The translations under genes and the position numbers were made by a program. Shown in pieces: positions 19,131 to 29,017 of a DNA stretch of 64,000 nucleotides. Each line of letters opens with the position of its first letter. The stretch's first letter is position 1. The DNA is from Mycobacteriales bacterium. Its GTDB lineage: Bacteria; Actinomycetota; Actinomycetes; JAFAQI01. The stretch is taken from contig DATAUF010000072.1 in the NCBI GenBank assembly GCA_036268405.1, positions 508 to 64,507 of the forward strand, written 5' to 3'. Below the pieces are notes generated by a model. The model was not told the DNA's origin and did not search any database. It saw only the letters and a list, made by a program, of their open reading frames with translations.

Positions 19131-20261
19131 ATGCCAGCCGCCCATTCGCGACGACTCGTCAGCCTCGCTCTGGCGCCTGGTGAGGACTTCAGCGCGGCCC
19201 TCGAGCAGGTGTGGGCCGATGGTGATGCAGTGCTTCCCATCGATCCATTCGCGCCGAAGGCGGCTACGGATCGGCTGCTCGCCGCGATGCGCCCGGATCT
19301 GGCGGTCGAGGACGATGTCGCGCTCGTGATTGCGACCTCCGGCTCCACGGGGGAGCCCAAGGGGGCGCAGCTCACTCACGCCGCGCTCCAGTCGTCGATC
19401 GACGCAGCGCATGAGCGCATCGGACGTGAGCCGGGGGATGTGTGGCTGTCCTGCCTGCCGTGGCATCACATCGGGGGTTTGCAGGTGCTGTTGCGCTCCC
19501 GACGGCTCGGGATCCCGCTGGTTGTGCATGACCGGTTCGACGTCGAGCGATTCGTCGGTGCCGATGCCACGTTGACCTCGCTCGTTCCCACCCAGCTCGC
19601 GGCCCTGCTCGACGCGGGAGTCGATCTCCGCCGGTACCGCGCGATCCTGCTGGGCGGGGCAGCCGCCAGCGAGTCGTTGCTGGACCGCGCCCGGCAAGCT
19701 GGTGCCGTGATCGTCACGACGTACGGCATGAGCGAGACGGCAGGAGGTTGCGTGTACGACGGCCGCCCGCTCGACGGAGTCGAGGTCGACGTCACGGACG
19801 ACGGGCGGCTCGCGTTGCGCGGGCCGATGCTGATGTGCGGCTACCGGTTGCGGCCGGACCTCACCGCGCAGACCCTCATCGATGGCTGGCTGGTCACCAA
19901 CGACCTGGGCCGGGTAGCAGCCGACGGCCCTGTCGAAGTGATCGGACGGGCAGACGACGTCATCGTGACCGGCGGGGTCAACGTCGTGGCCGGCGAGGTG
20001 GCCACCGCTCTCGGTACGCATCCCGCTGTGGTCGATGCGGCCGTCATCGGGATCGCCGACGAGCGGTGGGGTCAGCGCGTGGTCGCGGTCATCGAGGCAG
20101 GAACGCCGACGCCATCGGTCGAGGAACTGCGGGAGTGGTGCCGTGCCTTGCTTCCGGCGGCTTCGCTGCCCCGCGAAGTGGTCGTTGTCGACGCGATGCC
20201 GAGGCTGGCCTCGGGAAAGGTCGATCGTCTTGCGCTCGGGCGGACCGTCTCGAACCGGTAG
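19131..20261 (+). CDS. menE: o-succinylbenzoate--CoA ligase
   Basis: AMP-binding motif IATSGSTGEPKG, TYGMSET, short (376 aa) MenE-type. ATG at 19131. Confidence 0.8.
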   Translation: MPAAHSRRLVSLALAPGEDFSAALEQVWADGDAVLPIDPFAPKAATDRLLAAMRPDLAVEDDVALVIATSGSTGEPKGAQLTHAALQSSIDAAHERIGREPGDVWLSCLPWHHIGGLQVLLRSRRLGIPLVVHDRFDVERFVGADATLTSLVPTQLAALLDAGVDLRRYRAILLGGAAASESLLDRARQAGAVIVTTYGMSETAGGCVYDGRPLDGVEVDVTDDGRLALRGPMLMCGYRLRPDLTAQTLIDGWLVTNDLGRVAADGPVEVIGRADDVIVTGGVNVVAGEVATALGTHPAVVDAAVIGIADERWGQRVVAVIEAGTPTPSVEELREWCRALLPAASLPREVVVVDAMPRLASGKVDRLALGRTVSNR

Positions 20262-20276
20262 AAGGTCGGTCTGCGG

Positions 20277-20471
20277 TCAGGCGACGCCGGCGGTGACGAG
20301 CCAGTCGGCGTTACCGGCCTCTTCCCGGTAGAGGTCACGGGAACGCAGCGGCCCCGCAAGGTCGAGCAGAAGCGTCAGTGGGACACCGTCGGCCAGCAAC
20401 CGAAGTGCGAGACCCAACTCGAAGCCGTCCTCGAAGGAAGGATCCATGGGATAGGGGGTCTGCTCGCTCAC
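20277..20471 (-). CDS. small acidic hypothetical protein (64 aa)
   Basis: GTG start preceded by AGGAGGAGG on the minus strand, and GC3-rich codons. I recognise no family. Confidence 0.45.
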   Translation of the reverse strand: MSEQTPYPMDPSFEDGFELGLALRLLADGVPLTLLLDLAGPLRSRDLYREEAGNADWLVTAGVA

Positions 20472-20554
20472 ACGCCTCCTCCTACCCGCTGAATGGATGC
20501 ACTAACTACCTTCGGCTCAGGTCGGGGGCTGCGCAATGCGCCGATCGGGCAAAG

Positions 20555-21862
20555 TTACGGACGCCCGAGTGCCCGATACGTCCAGCCCGCGGCGCGCCAA
20601 CGATCGGGGTCGAGGGCGTTGCGCCCGTCAACGATGCTTCGCAGGGCCACAACTTCCGCAAGGACCTCAGGATCGGCCTCTCGGAACTCCAGCCACTCGG
20701 TGAGCAGCAGCACCAGGTGCGCGCCATCGGCCGCTTCCAGAGTCGATTCGACATAGCGCAGATCGGGATAGCGCAGCCGGGCGTTGTCCATTGCTGCCGG
20801 GTCGTAGACCGCGACGTCGGCGCCAAGGCTGTGCAGCTTGGCCGCAACGTCGAGCGCGGGGGAGTCGCGGATGTCGTCGCTGTTGGGCTTGAACGCTGCA
20901 CCGAGGACGCCGATCCGCCGACCCGCCACGGAGTCGTCGAGCTGCTCGCGCGCCAGGTCGACCATCCGTGCCCGCCGGCGCAGGTTGATCGCGTCGACCT
21001 CGCTGAGGAAGCTCAGCGCCTGGTCAACCCCGAGCTCGCCGGCACGGGCCATGAACGCCCGGATGTCCTTCGGCAGGCAGCCGCCACCGAACCCGAGGCC
21101 GGCACCCAAGAACCGGCCGCCGATGCGGGTGTCGTGAGAGAGAGCCTCCGACAGCTTCGTCACGTCACCGCCCGCGACCTCGCACACCTCCGCCATGGCG
21201 TTGATGAACGAGATCTTCGTAGCGAGGAACGCATTCGCCGCGACCTTCACGAGCTGCGCCGTCGCGAGATCGGTGATGACGACCGGCGTGCCGGTGTCGA
21301 TGACGGGTGCGAACGCCGCGCGCAGGGCCTCCTCACCGCGCGACGAGGTGACTCCGAACACAAGTCGGTCGGGATGCAGGGTGTCCTCGACGGCGAAGCC
21401 TTCGCGCAGGAACTCCGGGTTCCAGACGACCTCGACGCCCTCACCAGCGGGGGCGATCTCGCTGATCCGGGTAGCGATCCGCTCGGCGGTGCCCACCGGG
21501 ACGGTCGACTTGCCGGCGAAGACGCAGGGCCGCGTGAGCAGCGGCGCGAGGCTGGTGACCGCGGTGTAGACGTAGTCGAGATCGGCGCCGTTCTCGTGCT
21601 CCTTCTGCGGAGTGCCGACGCACAGGAAATGCACATCGCCGAACTCCGCGACCTCCTCGTACGACGTGGTGAAGCGCAGCCGCCCAGTGGCCAGCGTCTT
21701 GCGGAGCAGCGCTTCGAGGCCGGGCTCGTAGAACGGCACCTCGCCCGCGGCGAGCCGGGCGACCTTCGAGGCGTCGACATCGAGGCCAAGCACCTCGAAC
21801 CCGAGCGACGCCATGCAGACGGCGTGCGTCGCACCGAGATAGCCGGTGCCGAGCACCGTCAT
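20555..21862 (-). CDS. ugd: UDP-glucose 6-dehydrogenase
   Basis: MTVLGTGYLGATHA Rossmann start and catalytic GFGGGCLPKD. Confidence 0.9.
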   Translation of the reverse strand: MTVLGTGYLGATHAVCMASLGFEVLGLDVDASKVARLAAGEVPFYEPGLEALLRKTLATGRLRFTTSYEEVAEFGDVHFLCVGTPQKEHENGADLDYVYTAVTSLAPLLTRPCVFAGKSTVPVGTAERIATRISEIAPAGEGVEVVWNPEFLREGFAVEDTLHPDRLVFGVTSSRGEEALRAAFAPVIDTGTPVVITDLATAQLVKVAANAFLATKISFINAMAEVCEVAGGDVTKLSEALSHDTRIGGRFLGAGLGFGGGCLPKDIRAFMARAGELGVDQALSFLSEVDAINLRRRARMVDLAREQLDDSVAGRRIGVLGAAFKPNSDDIRDSPALDVAAKLHSLGADVAVYDPAAMDNARLRYPDLRYVESTLEAADGAHLVLLLTEWLEFREADPEVLAEVVALRSIVDGRNALDPDRWRAAGWTYRALGRP

Positions 21863-21913
21863 CCTGGGGGCGGCCATCCGGCAAGGTTAGAACGATGCCC
21901 AACTGCCTCCACC

Positions 21914-21928
21914 TACGATGAACGGGTG
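21914..21928 (+). promoter_or_regulatory. candidate -10 box (TACGAT) 6 nt upstream of the GTG start; possible leaderless transcript
   Basis: TANNNT hexamer at 21914-21919, GTG at 21926, no Shine-Dalgarno in between. Confidence 0.3.
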
Positions 21929-23095
21929 AATCCAGGCTTCGATCTCTACACGCTCCCCGAGGAGCATCAACTGCTCCGCAAGACGGTGCGCGAGCTCGCT
22001 GACGACAAGATCGCACCTCGTGCAGCCGAGATCGACGAGGCCGCGGAGTTCCCGTGGGACGTGCACGATGCCCTTGTCGCCGCCGACCTGCACGCGGTCC
22101 ATGTTCCAGAGGCGTACGACGGCGTCGGTGCCGATGCGATCGCGTCGGCGATCGTGATCGAAGAGGTAGCGCGGGCGTGCGCGTCGTCGTCGCTGATCCC
22201 TGCGGTCAACAAGCTCGGCACGATGGGGCTGATGCTCTCCGGCGGAGAGGAGCTCAAGAAGAAGTACCTCCCGCGCCTCGCCGCCGGGGAGGGAATGTTC
22301 AGCTACTGCCTGTCGGAGCCCGACGCGGGCAGCGACGCGGGCGGCATGAAGACCCGCGCCACTCGCGAGGGAAACGAGTGGGTGCTCAACGGTGTGAAGC
22401 GCTGGATCACCAACGCGGGCGTCTCGAAGTTCTACACCGTGATGGCCGTGACCGATCCGGACGCCGGCGCCAACGGCATCTCGGCTTTTGTCGTCGAGAC
22501 GGAGGACGGCGGGCTGAGCTTCGGCGCACCCGAGAAGAAGCTCGGCATCAAAGGCTCTCCGACCGCCGAGGTCTACTTCGACAACGTGCGGATCCCGGCC
22601 GATCGGATCATCGGCGACGAGGGCACCGGGTTCAAGACCGCGTTGAAGACGCTCGACCACACCCGGCTGACGATCGGGGCGCAGGCACTCGGCATTGCGC
22701 AGGGCGCCGTGGACTACTGCACGCGCTATGTCCAGGAGCGCAAGCAGTTCGGCACGGCGATCGCGGAGTTCCAGGGCGTCTCGTTCATGCTCGCCGACAT
22801 GGCCATGAAGACGGAGGCGGCGCGGTCGTTGATCTATACGGCGGCGGCGCTGTCGGAGCGCCTGGCGCCCAACCTCACCTTCATGTCCGCGGCCGCGAAG
22901 TGCTTCGCGTCGGACGCCGCGATGGAGGTCACAACCGATGGCGTGCAGCTGCTCGGTGGATACGGCTATACCCGCGACTTCCCGCTCGAGCGAATGATGC
23001 GCGACGCCAAGATCACGCAGATCTACGAAGGCACCAACCAGATCCAGCGCCTGGTGATGTCGCGCAACCTGCTGAAAGCAAACCCGCTGCGTTGA
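21926..23095 (+). CDS. acyl-CoA dehydrogenase (FadE25-like, 389 aa)
   Basis: YCLSEPDAGSDAGG and GGYGYTRDFPLERMMRDAKITQIYEGTNQIQR. GTG start at 21926. The upstream part of the 905-aa ORF is antisense to ugd. Confidence 0.88.
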   Translation: MNPGFDLYTLPEEHQLLRKTVRELADDKIAPRAAEIDEAAEFPWDVHDALVAADLHAVHVPEAYDGVGADAIASAIVIEEVARACASSSLIPAVNKLGTMGLMLSGGEELKKKYLPRLAAGEGMFSYCLSEPDAGSDAGGMKTRATREGNEWVLNGVKRWITNAGVSKFYTVMAVTDPDAGANGISAFVVETEDGGLSFGAPEKKLGIKGSPTAEVYFDNVRIPADRIIGDEGTGFKTALKTLDHTRLTIGAQALGIAQGAVDYCTRYVQERKQFGTAIAEFQGVSFMLADMAMKTEAARSLIYTAAALSERLAPNLTFMSAAAKCFASDAAMEVTTDGVQLLGGYGYTRDFPLERMMRDAKITQIYEGTNQIQRLVMSRNLLKANPLR

Positions 23096-23119
23096 ACTCA
23101 AACCAGCGTTAGACATGAG

Positions 23120-24139
23120 TTGACGTACGACGCGCTGCTCGTCCTGTCGTTCGGTGGCCCGGAAGGCCCCGATGACGTGATGCCGTTCCTCGAGAACGTC
23201 ACCCGCGGCCGTGAGGTGCCGCCCGACCGACTGGCCGAAGTCGCCGAGCACTACCTGCATTTCGGCGGCATCTCTCCGATCAATGCGCAGAACCGCGACC
23301 TCGTCGCGGCGGTGATCGCGGAGCTCGCCGAGCACGAGCTGAACCTGCCGGTCTACCTGGGCAACCGCAACTGGTCGCCGTACGTCGGCGACGTGGTCGG
23401 TGAGATGTCGGCGGCCGGGGTTCGCAACGCATTGGTGTTCGTGACGTCGGCCTACGCGTCGTTCTCCGCCTGCCGTCAATACCAGGACGATCTATTGGCG
23501 GCCGCGGCGACATCGGGTCTCCTCGCCCCCGAGCTGCACAAGCTGCGGCACTACTTCGACCACCCGGGATTCATCGAGCCGCAGCAGGACGCGGTGCGCG
23601 CGGCGGTGGCGGACATCGACCACAGCCGGCTGGCGAAGACCAGGTTGCTCTTCGTTGCTCATTCCGTGCCCGACTCGATGGCTGCCGCGGCAGGACCGGT
23701 TGGCGGCCTGTACGTCGCACAGCTCGAGTCGGCGGCCGGCCTGGTCGCAGACGTCGTTCCGGATGTCGCGTGGGGGCTCGCGTACTCCAGTCGGAGCGGT
23801 TCGCCCTCGACCTCCTGGCTCACACCGGATGTCAATGACGCGATCCGAAGCCTCGCGGCCGAAGGGGTGACCGACGTCATCCTCGTCCCGATCGGGTTCG
23901 TCAGCGACCACATCGAGGTGCGGTGGGACCTCGATGTCGAGGCAGCGACGACCGCGGCCGAGCTGGGCCTTGGATTCCGCCGCACGGCTCCGCCGTCGTC
24001 CGACCCGAGATTCGCCGCGATGGTCCGGGAGCTTGTGCAGGAGCGGATGGACCGGAGCACGCCGCGTCGTGCGCTGTCTGTGCTCGGCCCGTCACACGAC
24101 GTCTGCCCGGCAGGGTGCTGCCGCGTTCCGGCTCGCTAG
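23120..24139 (+). CDS. hemH: ferrochelatase (actinobacterial coproporphyrin ferrochelatase type)
   Basis: DALLVLSFGGPEGP, with a C-terminal Cys cluster (CPAGCC) plus an internal Cys, consistent with the [2Fe-2S] type. Confidence 0.85.
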   Translation: MTYDALLVLSFGGPEGPDDVMPFLENVTRGREVPPDRLAEVAEHYLHFGGISPINAQNRDLVAAVIAELAEHELNLPVYLGNRNWSPYVGDVVGEMSAAGVRNALVFVTSAYASFSACRQYQDDLLAAAATSGLLAPELHKLRHYFDHPGFIEPQQDAVRAAVADIDHSRLAKTRLLFVAHSVPDSMAAAAGPVGGLYVAQLESAAGLVADVVPDVAWGLAYSSRSGSPSTSWLTPDVNDAIRSLAAEGVTDVILVPIGFVSDHIEVRWDLDVEAATTAAELGLGFRRTAPPSSDPRFAAMVRELVQERMDRSTPRRALSVLGPSHDVCPAGCCRVPAR

Positions 24140-24149
24140 CGTTCCGCCC

Positions 24150-26135
24150 ATGGTCGATCGCGGCACGGTGAACGAAGGCGATCTGCTGTGGACTCCGAGC
24201 GCCGAGCGGGTCGAGGCGTCCCGGCTCGCGGAGTTCATGCGCTCGCTCGCTGACCACGAGAACCTCTCGTTCTCGTCCTACAACGAGCTGCACGCATGGT
24301 CGGTCGACCGCCTCGGCGACTTCTGGGGTGCGCTCGATCGCTGGCTGGGCATCCGCTGGTCGACGCCCTACGACACCGTCATCAGCAACCGCGAGATGCC
24401 CGGGGCGACGTGGTTCCCCGGCGGCCGGACCAACTACGCCGAGCACCTGCTCTACCCACTGGGCCGCCCGGCCGACAAGGACGACACGGCGGTCATCGCC
24501 GCCCGGGAGGACGGCCGGGAGGTTCGCGTCACCTGGCGTGAGCTGCGCACTCAGGTCGCCAGCGTCCGTAGCTGGATGGAGCAGCACGGCGTCGGCCGGG
24601 GCGACCGCGTCGCGGCGCTGCTGCCCAACAGTCTCGAAGCGCTCGTCGCGATGCTGGCGACGGCGTCGCTGGGGGCGATCTGGTCGAGCTGCTCGCCGGA
24701 CTTCGGCCCGACTGCGATTGCCGACCGGTTCACCCAGATCGAGCCGACGATCCTTTTCACCGTCGACGGCTACCACTACGGCGGCAAGCAGTACGACATC
24801 GAGGCGACGGTCGAGGAGCTGCGGACGAAGCTTCCGACGGTCCGCGAGACCGTCCTGATCCCGTACCTCGACCCGACTGCGCGGATGCGAGCCGCCACTG
24901 GATGGCTGGACCTCCTTGCCTGCGGCGGAACGCTCGCATTCGAAGCCATGGCGTTCGCCGATCCACTCTGGGTTCTCTACTCGTCCGGCACGACGGGGTT
25001 GCCGAAGCCGATCGTGCACGGTCACGGCGGCATGCTGGTCGAGCACGCCAAGCAGCTCGCGCTGCATCTCGACCTCGGCCCGGGCGATCGGTTCTTCTGG
25101 TTCAGCACGACCGGCTGGATGATGTGGAACCTGCTGGTCTCCGGCCTTGCGGTGGGCGCGTCGATCGTGCTGTACGACGGCAACCCGGCGTACCCCGACC
25201 AGATGGCACTCTGGCGGCTCGCGGAGCGCACCGGCATCACGTGCCTGGGTCTCGGCGCGCCGTTCATCCAGGCGTGCCAGAAGGCGGGGTTGCGCCCGCG
25301 CGATGACGTTGATCTCTCGGCGGTCCGCACCGTCGGGTCGACCGGTGCGCCGTTGCCACCCGAGGGGTTCGCCTGGGTCTACGACGCGATCGGTGATGAC
25401 GTCATGCTGTCGTCGCTGTCCGGCGGCACCGACGTCTGCACGGCGTTCGTCGGGGGGGCGCCCAACCTGCCGGTGCGCGCCGGGGTCATCCCCGCCAGCT
25501 TGCTCGGTTGTGCGGTGGAGGCTTTCGACGACGGCGGGCACTCGGTGACCGACCAGGTCGGCGAGCTCGTCATCACCGCACCGATGCCGTCGATGCCGGT
25601 CGGCTTCTGGGGCGATGCCGATGGCTCGCGACTGCGAGAGTCCTACTACGAGACCTATCCGGGCGTCTGGCGTCATGGTGACTGGGTCAAGTTCGCCGCG
25701 GACGGCTCGTGCGTGATCTACGGCCGCAGTGACTCGACCCTGAACCGCGGTGGCGTGCGGATGGGGACATCGGAGTTCTACCGGGTCGTCGAAGGTCTGC
25801 CGGGGGTAGCGGACTCGCTGGTGATCGATACGTCAGCGGCCGGGAACGAGGGGCGGTTGCTGCTGTTCGTGACGTTGGCGGACGGCGCCTCGCTGGAGCA
25901 GGTGACGGCCGACGTACGGCAGACGACGAGATCTCAGCTGTCGCCCCGCCACGTCCCGGACGACGTCATCGGCGTTCCGGTCATCCCGCGGACGATCAAC
26001 GGCAAGAAGTGCGAGGTTCCGGTTAAGCGGATCCTCGCGGGAGTGCCCGTCGAGCGCGCGGTGTCGAAGGGCGCACTCGCCGACCCGACGTCGCTCGCGC
26101 CGTTCGTTGAGCTCGCCTCAGTCCAAGCGGGGTAG
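24150..26135 (+). CDS. acetoacetate--CoA ligase (acetoacetyl-CoA synthetase)
   Basis: LWTPS...FM N-terminus typical of AACS, AMP-binding YSSGTTGLPK, 661 aa. Confidence 0.85.
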   Translation: MVDRGTVNEGDLLWTPSAERVEASRLAEFMRSLADHENLSFSSYNELHAWSVDRLGDFWGALDRWLGIRWSTPYDTVISNREMPGATWFPGGRTNYAEHLLYPLGRPADKDDTAVIAAREDGREVRVTWRELRTQVASVRSWMEQHGVGRGDRVAALLPNSLEALVAMLATASLGAIWSSCSPDFGPTAIADRFTQIEPTILFTVDGYHYGGKQYDIEATVEELRTKLPTVRETVLIPYLDPTARMRAATGWLDLLACGGTLAFEAMAFADPLWVLYSSGTTGLPKPIVHGHGGMLVEHAKQLALHLDLGPGDRFFWFSTTGWMMWNLLVSGLAVGASIVLYDGNPAYPDQMALWRLAERTGITCLGLGAPFIQACQKAGLRPRDDVDLSAVRTVGSTGAPLPPEGFAWVYDAIGDDVMLSSLSGGTDVCTAFVGGAPNLPVRAGVIPASLLGCAVEAFDDGGHSVTDQVGELVITAPMPSMPVGFWGDADGSRLRESYYETYPGVWRHGDWVKFAADGSCVIYGRSDSTLNRGGVRMGTSEFYRVVEGLPGVADSLVIDTSAAGNEGRLLLFVTLADGASLEQVTADVRQTTRSQLSPRHVPDDVIGVPVIPRTINGKKCEVPVKRILAGVPVERAVSKGALADPTSLAPFVELASVQAG

Positions 26136-26765
26136 GCCAGGCACGTCGACACCCGCGGTGTGCGTGACGCGCTCCGCCGCCGCGGACTCCACGCCCCCGT
26201 AGACCACCGATCCGCCGGCAGCGAGTGGAGCGAGCAGGCTCCAACCGACCCCCGCCGCGTCGAGCGGCAGGACCGTCAGCACCCGCGCGCCTTCCGGCAC
26301 CGCCGGATGGGCGGCGAGCGTCTCCGTGCCGGAGGGTTGCGACGGCACGAAGACGTCTGGGTAAGACGCGACCAAGGCAGACATGCCTGCGCCCATCGGG
26401 TCGAGGGGGACGTCGGTTCGCTCGGCACCGGGGGCGAAGTCAACGGTCGCACCGACCCCCCACGCGGAAAGCAGCAGGATGGCGGTTGCCCAGTGCAACT
26501 GTGGATCGAACGACACCGTGTCGCCGGGTTCGACGCCCAGCTCGTCGGCCAGATATCCGGCGGACTTGGCCACCCAGTTGGCGGTCGTCGCCACCGATAA
26601 CTCGACCCGGCCACCGGTCGTTAGGTCGTAGTAGGTGATGAAGGGGCGCGCCCCATCACGACGTAGCTCGCGTGCCAGCAGATCCGACGGCGTGATCACG
26701 TGTCGAGGATGCACGGTTCGCGGCTTCGGCGGGGCTACGCTTAACAACGCAACCAAAGTTCTCAC
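26118..26765 (-). CDS. TIGR03089-like conserved actinobacterial protein (degenerate AMP-binding N-domain-like)
   Basis: Pattern RPFITYYD...GRVELS..T.ANWVAKSAG remembered from this family, and its usual position beside the GT4 / GDP-mannose genes. Confidence 0.6.
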   Translation of the reverse strand: MRTLVALLSVAPPKPRTVHPRHVITPSDLLARELRRDGARPFITYYDLTTGGRVELSVATTANWVAKSAGYLADELGVEPGDTVSFDPQLHWATAILLLSAWGVGATVDFAPGAERTDVPLDPMGAGMSALVASYPDVFVPSQPSGTETLAAHPAVPEGARVLTVLPLDAAGVGWSLLAPLAAGGSVVYGGVESAAAERVTHTAGVDVPGLPRLD

Positions 26766-26791
26766 GAGATCAGACGGGGAGGGAGCCGCTC

Positions 26792-27919
26792 GTGGCCCCC
26801 CGAGTGCTGGTCGACGCGACCGCTGTGCCCGCTGACCGCGGTGGGGTGGGGCGATACGTCGACGGCCTGTTGGGCGCTCTCGGCGCCGCCGACGCCGACT
26901 TTGCGGTGGTTTGTCAGCGTGCTGACGCGGAGCGCTACGCGCAGCTGGCGCCGCAGGCGACCGTGGTTCCCGGCCCGGCCGCCATCTCGCATCGACCCGC
27001 CCGGCTTGCCTGGGAGCAGACCGGCCTCCCGCTGGTCGCGCAGCAGCTCGGCGTCGACGTCATGCACTCGCCGCACTACACGATGCCGCTGCGTGCCGGC
27101 CGACCCGTCGTCGTCACGATTCACGACGCGACCTTCTTCACCTCACCCGACGACGTCGCCGCGGTGAAGGGCACCTTCTTCCGTTCGGCGATCCGTACCG
27201 CTCTGCGGCGCGCGACCCGAGTGATCGTGCCGAGCAAGGCGACCCGAGACGAGCTCGTGAGGGTCCTCGATGCCGACCCCACGATGCTCGATGTGGCCTA
27301 CCACGGCGTCGATCCGCACCTGTTCCACCCGCCGACCGACGCCGACAAGGCCAGGGTGGCGGCGAGGCTCGGCATCCGTGGCGAGTACGTCGCATTCCTC
27401 GGCGTGCTCGAGCCGCGCAAGAACGTCCCGGCGCTGATCCGTGGCTGGGTCGAGGCGGTCAGCTGGCGCGACGACCCGCCCGCGCTCGTGCTCGCCGGCG
27501 GGCGGGGATGGGACGAGGACGTTGACGCGGCGGTCGCCGAGGTGCCGGGTCACCTGCGGGTTGTTCGCCCCGGATACCTGCGATTCGCCGACCTGCCCGG
27601 CTACCTCGGTGGCGCGACCGTGGTCGCCTTCCCGAGCCATGGCGAGGGCTTCGGCCTTCCGGTCCTCGAGGCGATGGCGTGTGGCGCTCCCGTCTTGACG
27701 ACGCAGCGGCTCTCGCTGCCTGAGGTCGGCGGTGACGCTGTGGCCTACACCGAGCCCGACGCCGCGGCGATCGGCTCGTCGCTGTCCGCGCTGCTCGACG
27801 ACGCGGCACGCCGGCGGTCGCTCGGCGACGCGGCGCTGGCCCGGGCGCAGGAGTTCACCTGGGCTGCCAGCGCGGAGGCGCACCTCGCCTCCTATGCCCG
27901 CGCCATCTCCCAGGGCTGA
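26792..27919 (+). CDS. glycosyltransferase family 4 (GT-B)
   Basis: EGFGLPVLEAMACGAPV (E-x7-E region). SD GGGGAGGGAG upstream of the GTG. Confidence 0.85.
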   Translation: MAPRVLVDATAVPADRGGVGRYVDGLLGALGAADADFAVVCQRADAERYAQLAPQATVVPGPAAISHRPARLAWEQTGLPLVAQQLGVDVMHSPHYTMPLRAGRPVVVTIHDATFFTSPDDVAAVKGTFFRSAIRTALRRATRVIVPSKATRDELVRVLDADPTMLDVAYHGVDPHLFHPPTDADKARVAARLGIRGEYVAFLGVLEPRKNVPALIRGWVEAVSWRDDPPALVLAGGRGWDEDVDAAVAEVPGHLRVVRPGYLRFADLPGYLGGATVVAFPSHGEGFGLPVLEAMACGAPVLTTQRLSLPEVGGDAVAYTEPDAAAIGSSLSALLDDAARRRSLGDAALARAQEFTWAASAEAHLASYARAISQG

Positions 27920-27946
27920 TCGGCCCGTAGGTCTCAAGGCGGCAGG

Positions 27947-29017
27947 GTGGAGGCAGTCGTCCTCGTCGGGGGGCAGGGCACCCGGCTGCAGCCGCTCACG
28001 TTGCGTACGCCGAAGCCGATGCTGCCGTGCGCGGGAGCTCCCTTTCTCGCGCATCAGCTGACCCGGCTGCGTGACAGCGGCATCGACCACATCGTGCTCG
28101 CGACGTCGTACCGCTCCGAGGTGTTCCACGAGTACTTCGGCAACGGCAAGGACCTCGGGGTGCGGATCGACTTCGTCACCGAGACCGAGCCACTCGGTAC
28201 CGCCGGTGGCATCCGCAACGTGGTGCGCCGCCTGGAGTCCGGGCCCGAGGACCCCGTCGTCATCCTCAACGGCGACATCCTGTCCGGGCACGACATTCGG
28301 GCGCAGCTCGAGTTGCACCGTCGCCGGGAGGCGGCCGTGACATTGCATCTCGTCGAGGTGGAGGACCCGAGGGCGTTCGGCTGCGTGCCCACGGACTCGC
28401 ACGCGAGGGTCACCGGATTCATCGAGAAGTCGGACGCGCCAGTGACCAATCGGATCAACGCCGGTTGCTACGTCTTCACCCGCAAGGTCATCGACGGGAT
28501 TCCCGAGGGCCGGCCGGTCTCTGTCGAGCGCGAGACCTTCCCTGGGTTGCTCGAGGTCGGCGAGACCATGCTGGGGTACGTCGACACGGCGTACTGGATC
28601 GACGTGGGCACTCCGGTCGCCTTCGTCACGGCGAACGCCGACATCGTGACGGGCGTCCTCACCTCACCCGCGATGCCCGGCGCGCCTGGAGAGGCACTTG
28701 TCATGGATGACGCGCTGGTGCACTCAGGCGCCGTGGTCAACGGCGGATCGACGATCGGACCGCGCGCCCGGGTCGACGCCGGTGCGCAGGTCACCAGATC
28801 GGTGATCGGTGACGGCGTCCATGTGCAGGCGGGCGCGACGGTCGTCGACTCGCTGGTGGGGCGGCGCGCGGTGATCGGTCAGCGCAGCGTCGTGAGCTCG
28901 GCGGTCATCGGCGAGGGCGCAACCGTCGGTGCCAACAACGAGCTCGCCGTCGGCATCCGGATCTGGAACGAAGCCGCCGTGCCGGACGGCGCGATCAGGT
29001 TCAGCTCCCTTCCTTGA
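27947..29017 (+). CDS. mannose-1-phosphate guanylyltransferase-type NDP-sugar pyrophosphorylase
   Basis: [14 protein letters not shown] signature plus a C-terminal hexapeptide-repeat region. Same position as Rv3264c. Confidence 0.85.
   Translation: MEAVVLVGGQGTRLQPLTLRTPKPMLPCAGAPFLAHQLTRLRDSGIDHIVLATSYRSEVFHEYFGNGKDLGVRIDFVTETEPLGTAGGIRNVVRRLESGPEDPVVILNGDILSGHDIRAQLELHRRREAAVTLHLVEVEDPRAFGCVPTDSHARVTGFIEKSDAPVTNRINAGCYVFTRKVIDGIPEGRPVSVERETFPGLLEVGETMLGYVDTAYWIDVGTPVAFVTANADIVTGVLTSPAMPGAPGEALVMDDALVHSGAVVNGGSTIGPRARVDAGAQVTRSVIGDGVHVQAGATVVDSLVGRRAVIGQRSVVSSAVIGEGATVGANNELAVGIRIWNEAAVPDGAIRFSSLP

Noticed and set aside
20378-21925. First ~515 aa of the 905-aa plus-strand ORF 20378..23095
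   Set aside because: It is antisense to ugd. Acyl-CoA dehydrogenase similarity begins only at the GTG at 21926.
21887-25676. 530-aa (21887..23479) and 591-aa (23901..25676) minus-strand ORFs
   Set aside because: They are antisense to the acyl-CoA dehydrogenase, ferrochelatase and acetoacetyl-CoA synthetase genes and are shadow frames with no motifs.
27143-28402. 419-aa minus-strand ORF. Similar cases are 42238..43419, 44466..45716, 46055..46981 and 33186..33878.
   Set aside because: All are antisense to genes with clear family signatures (GT4/pyrophosphorylase, ahcY, mtrB, lpqB, GT2). They are a consequence of stop-codon scarcity at this G+C content.
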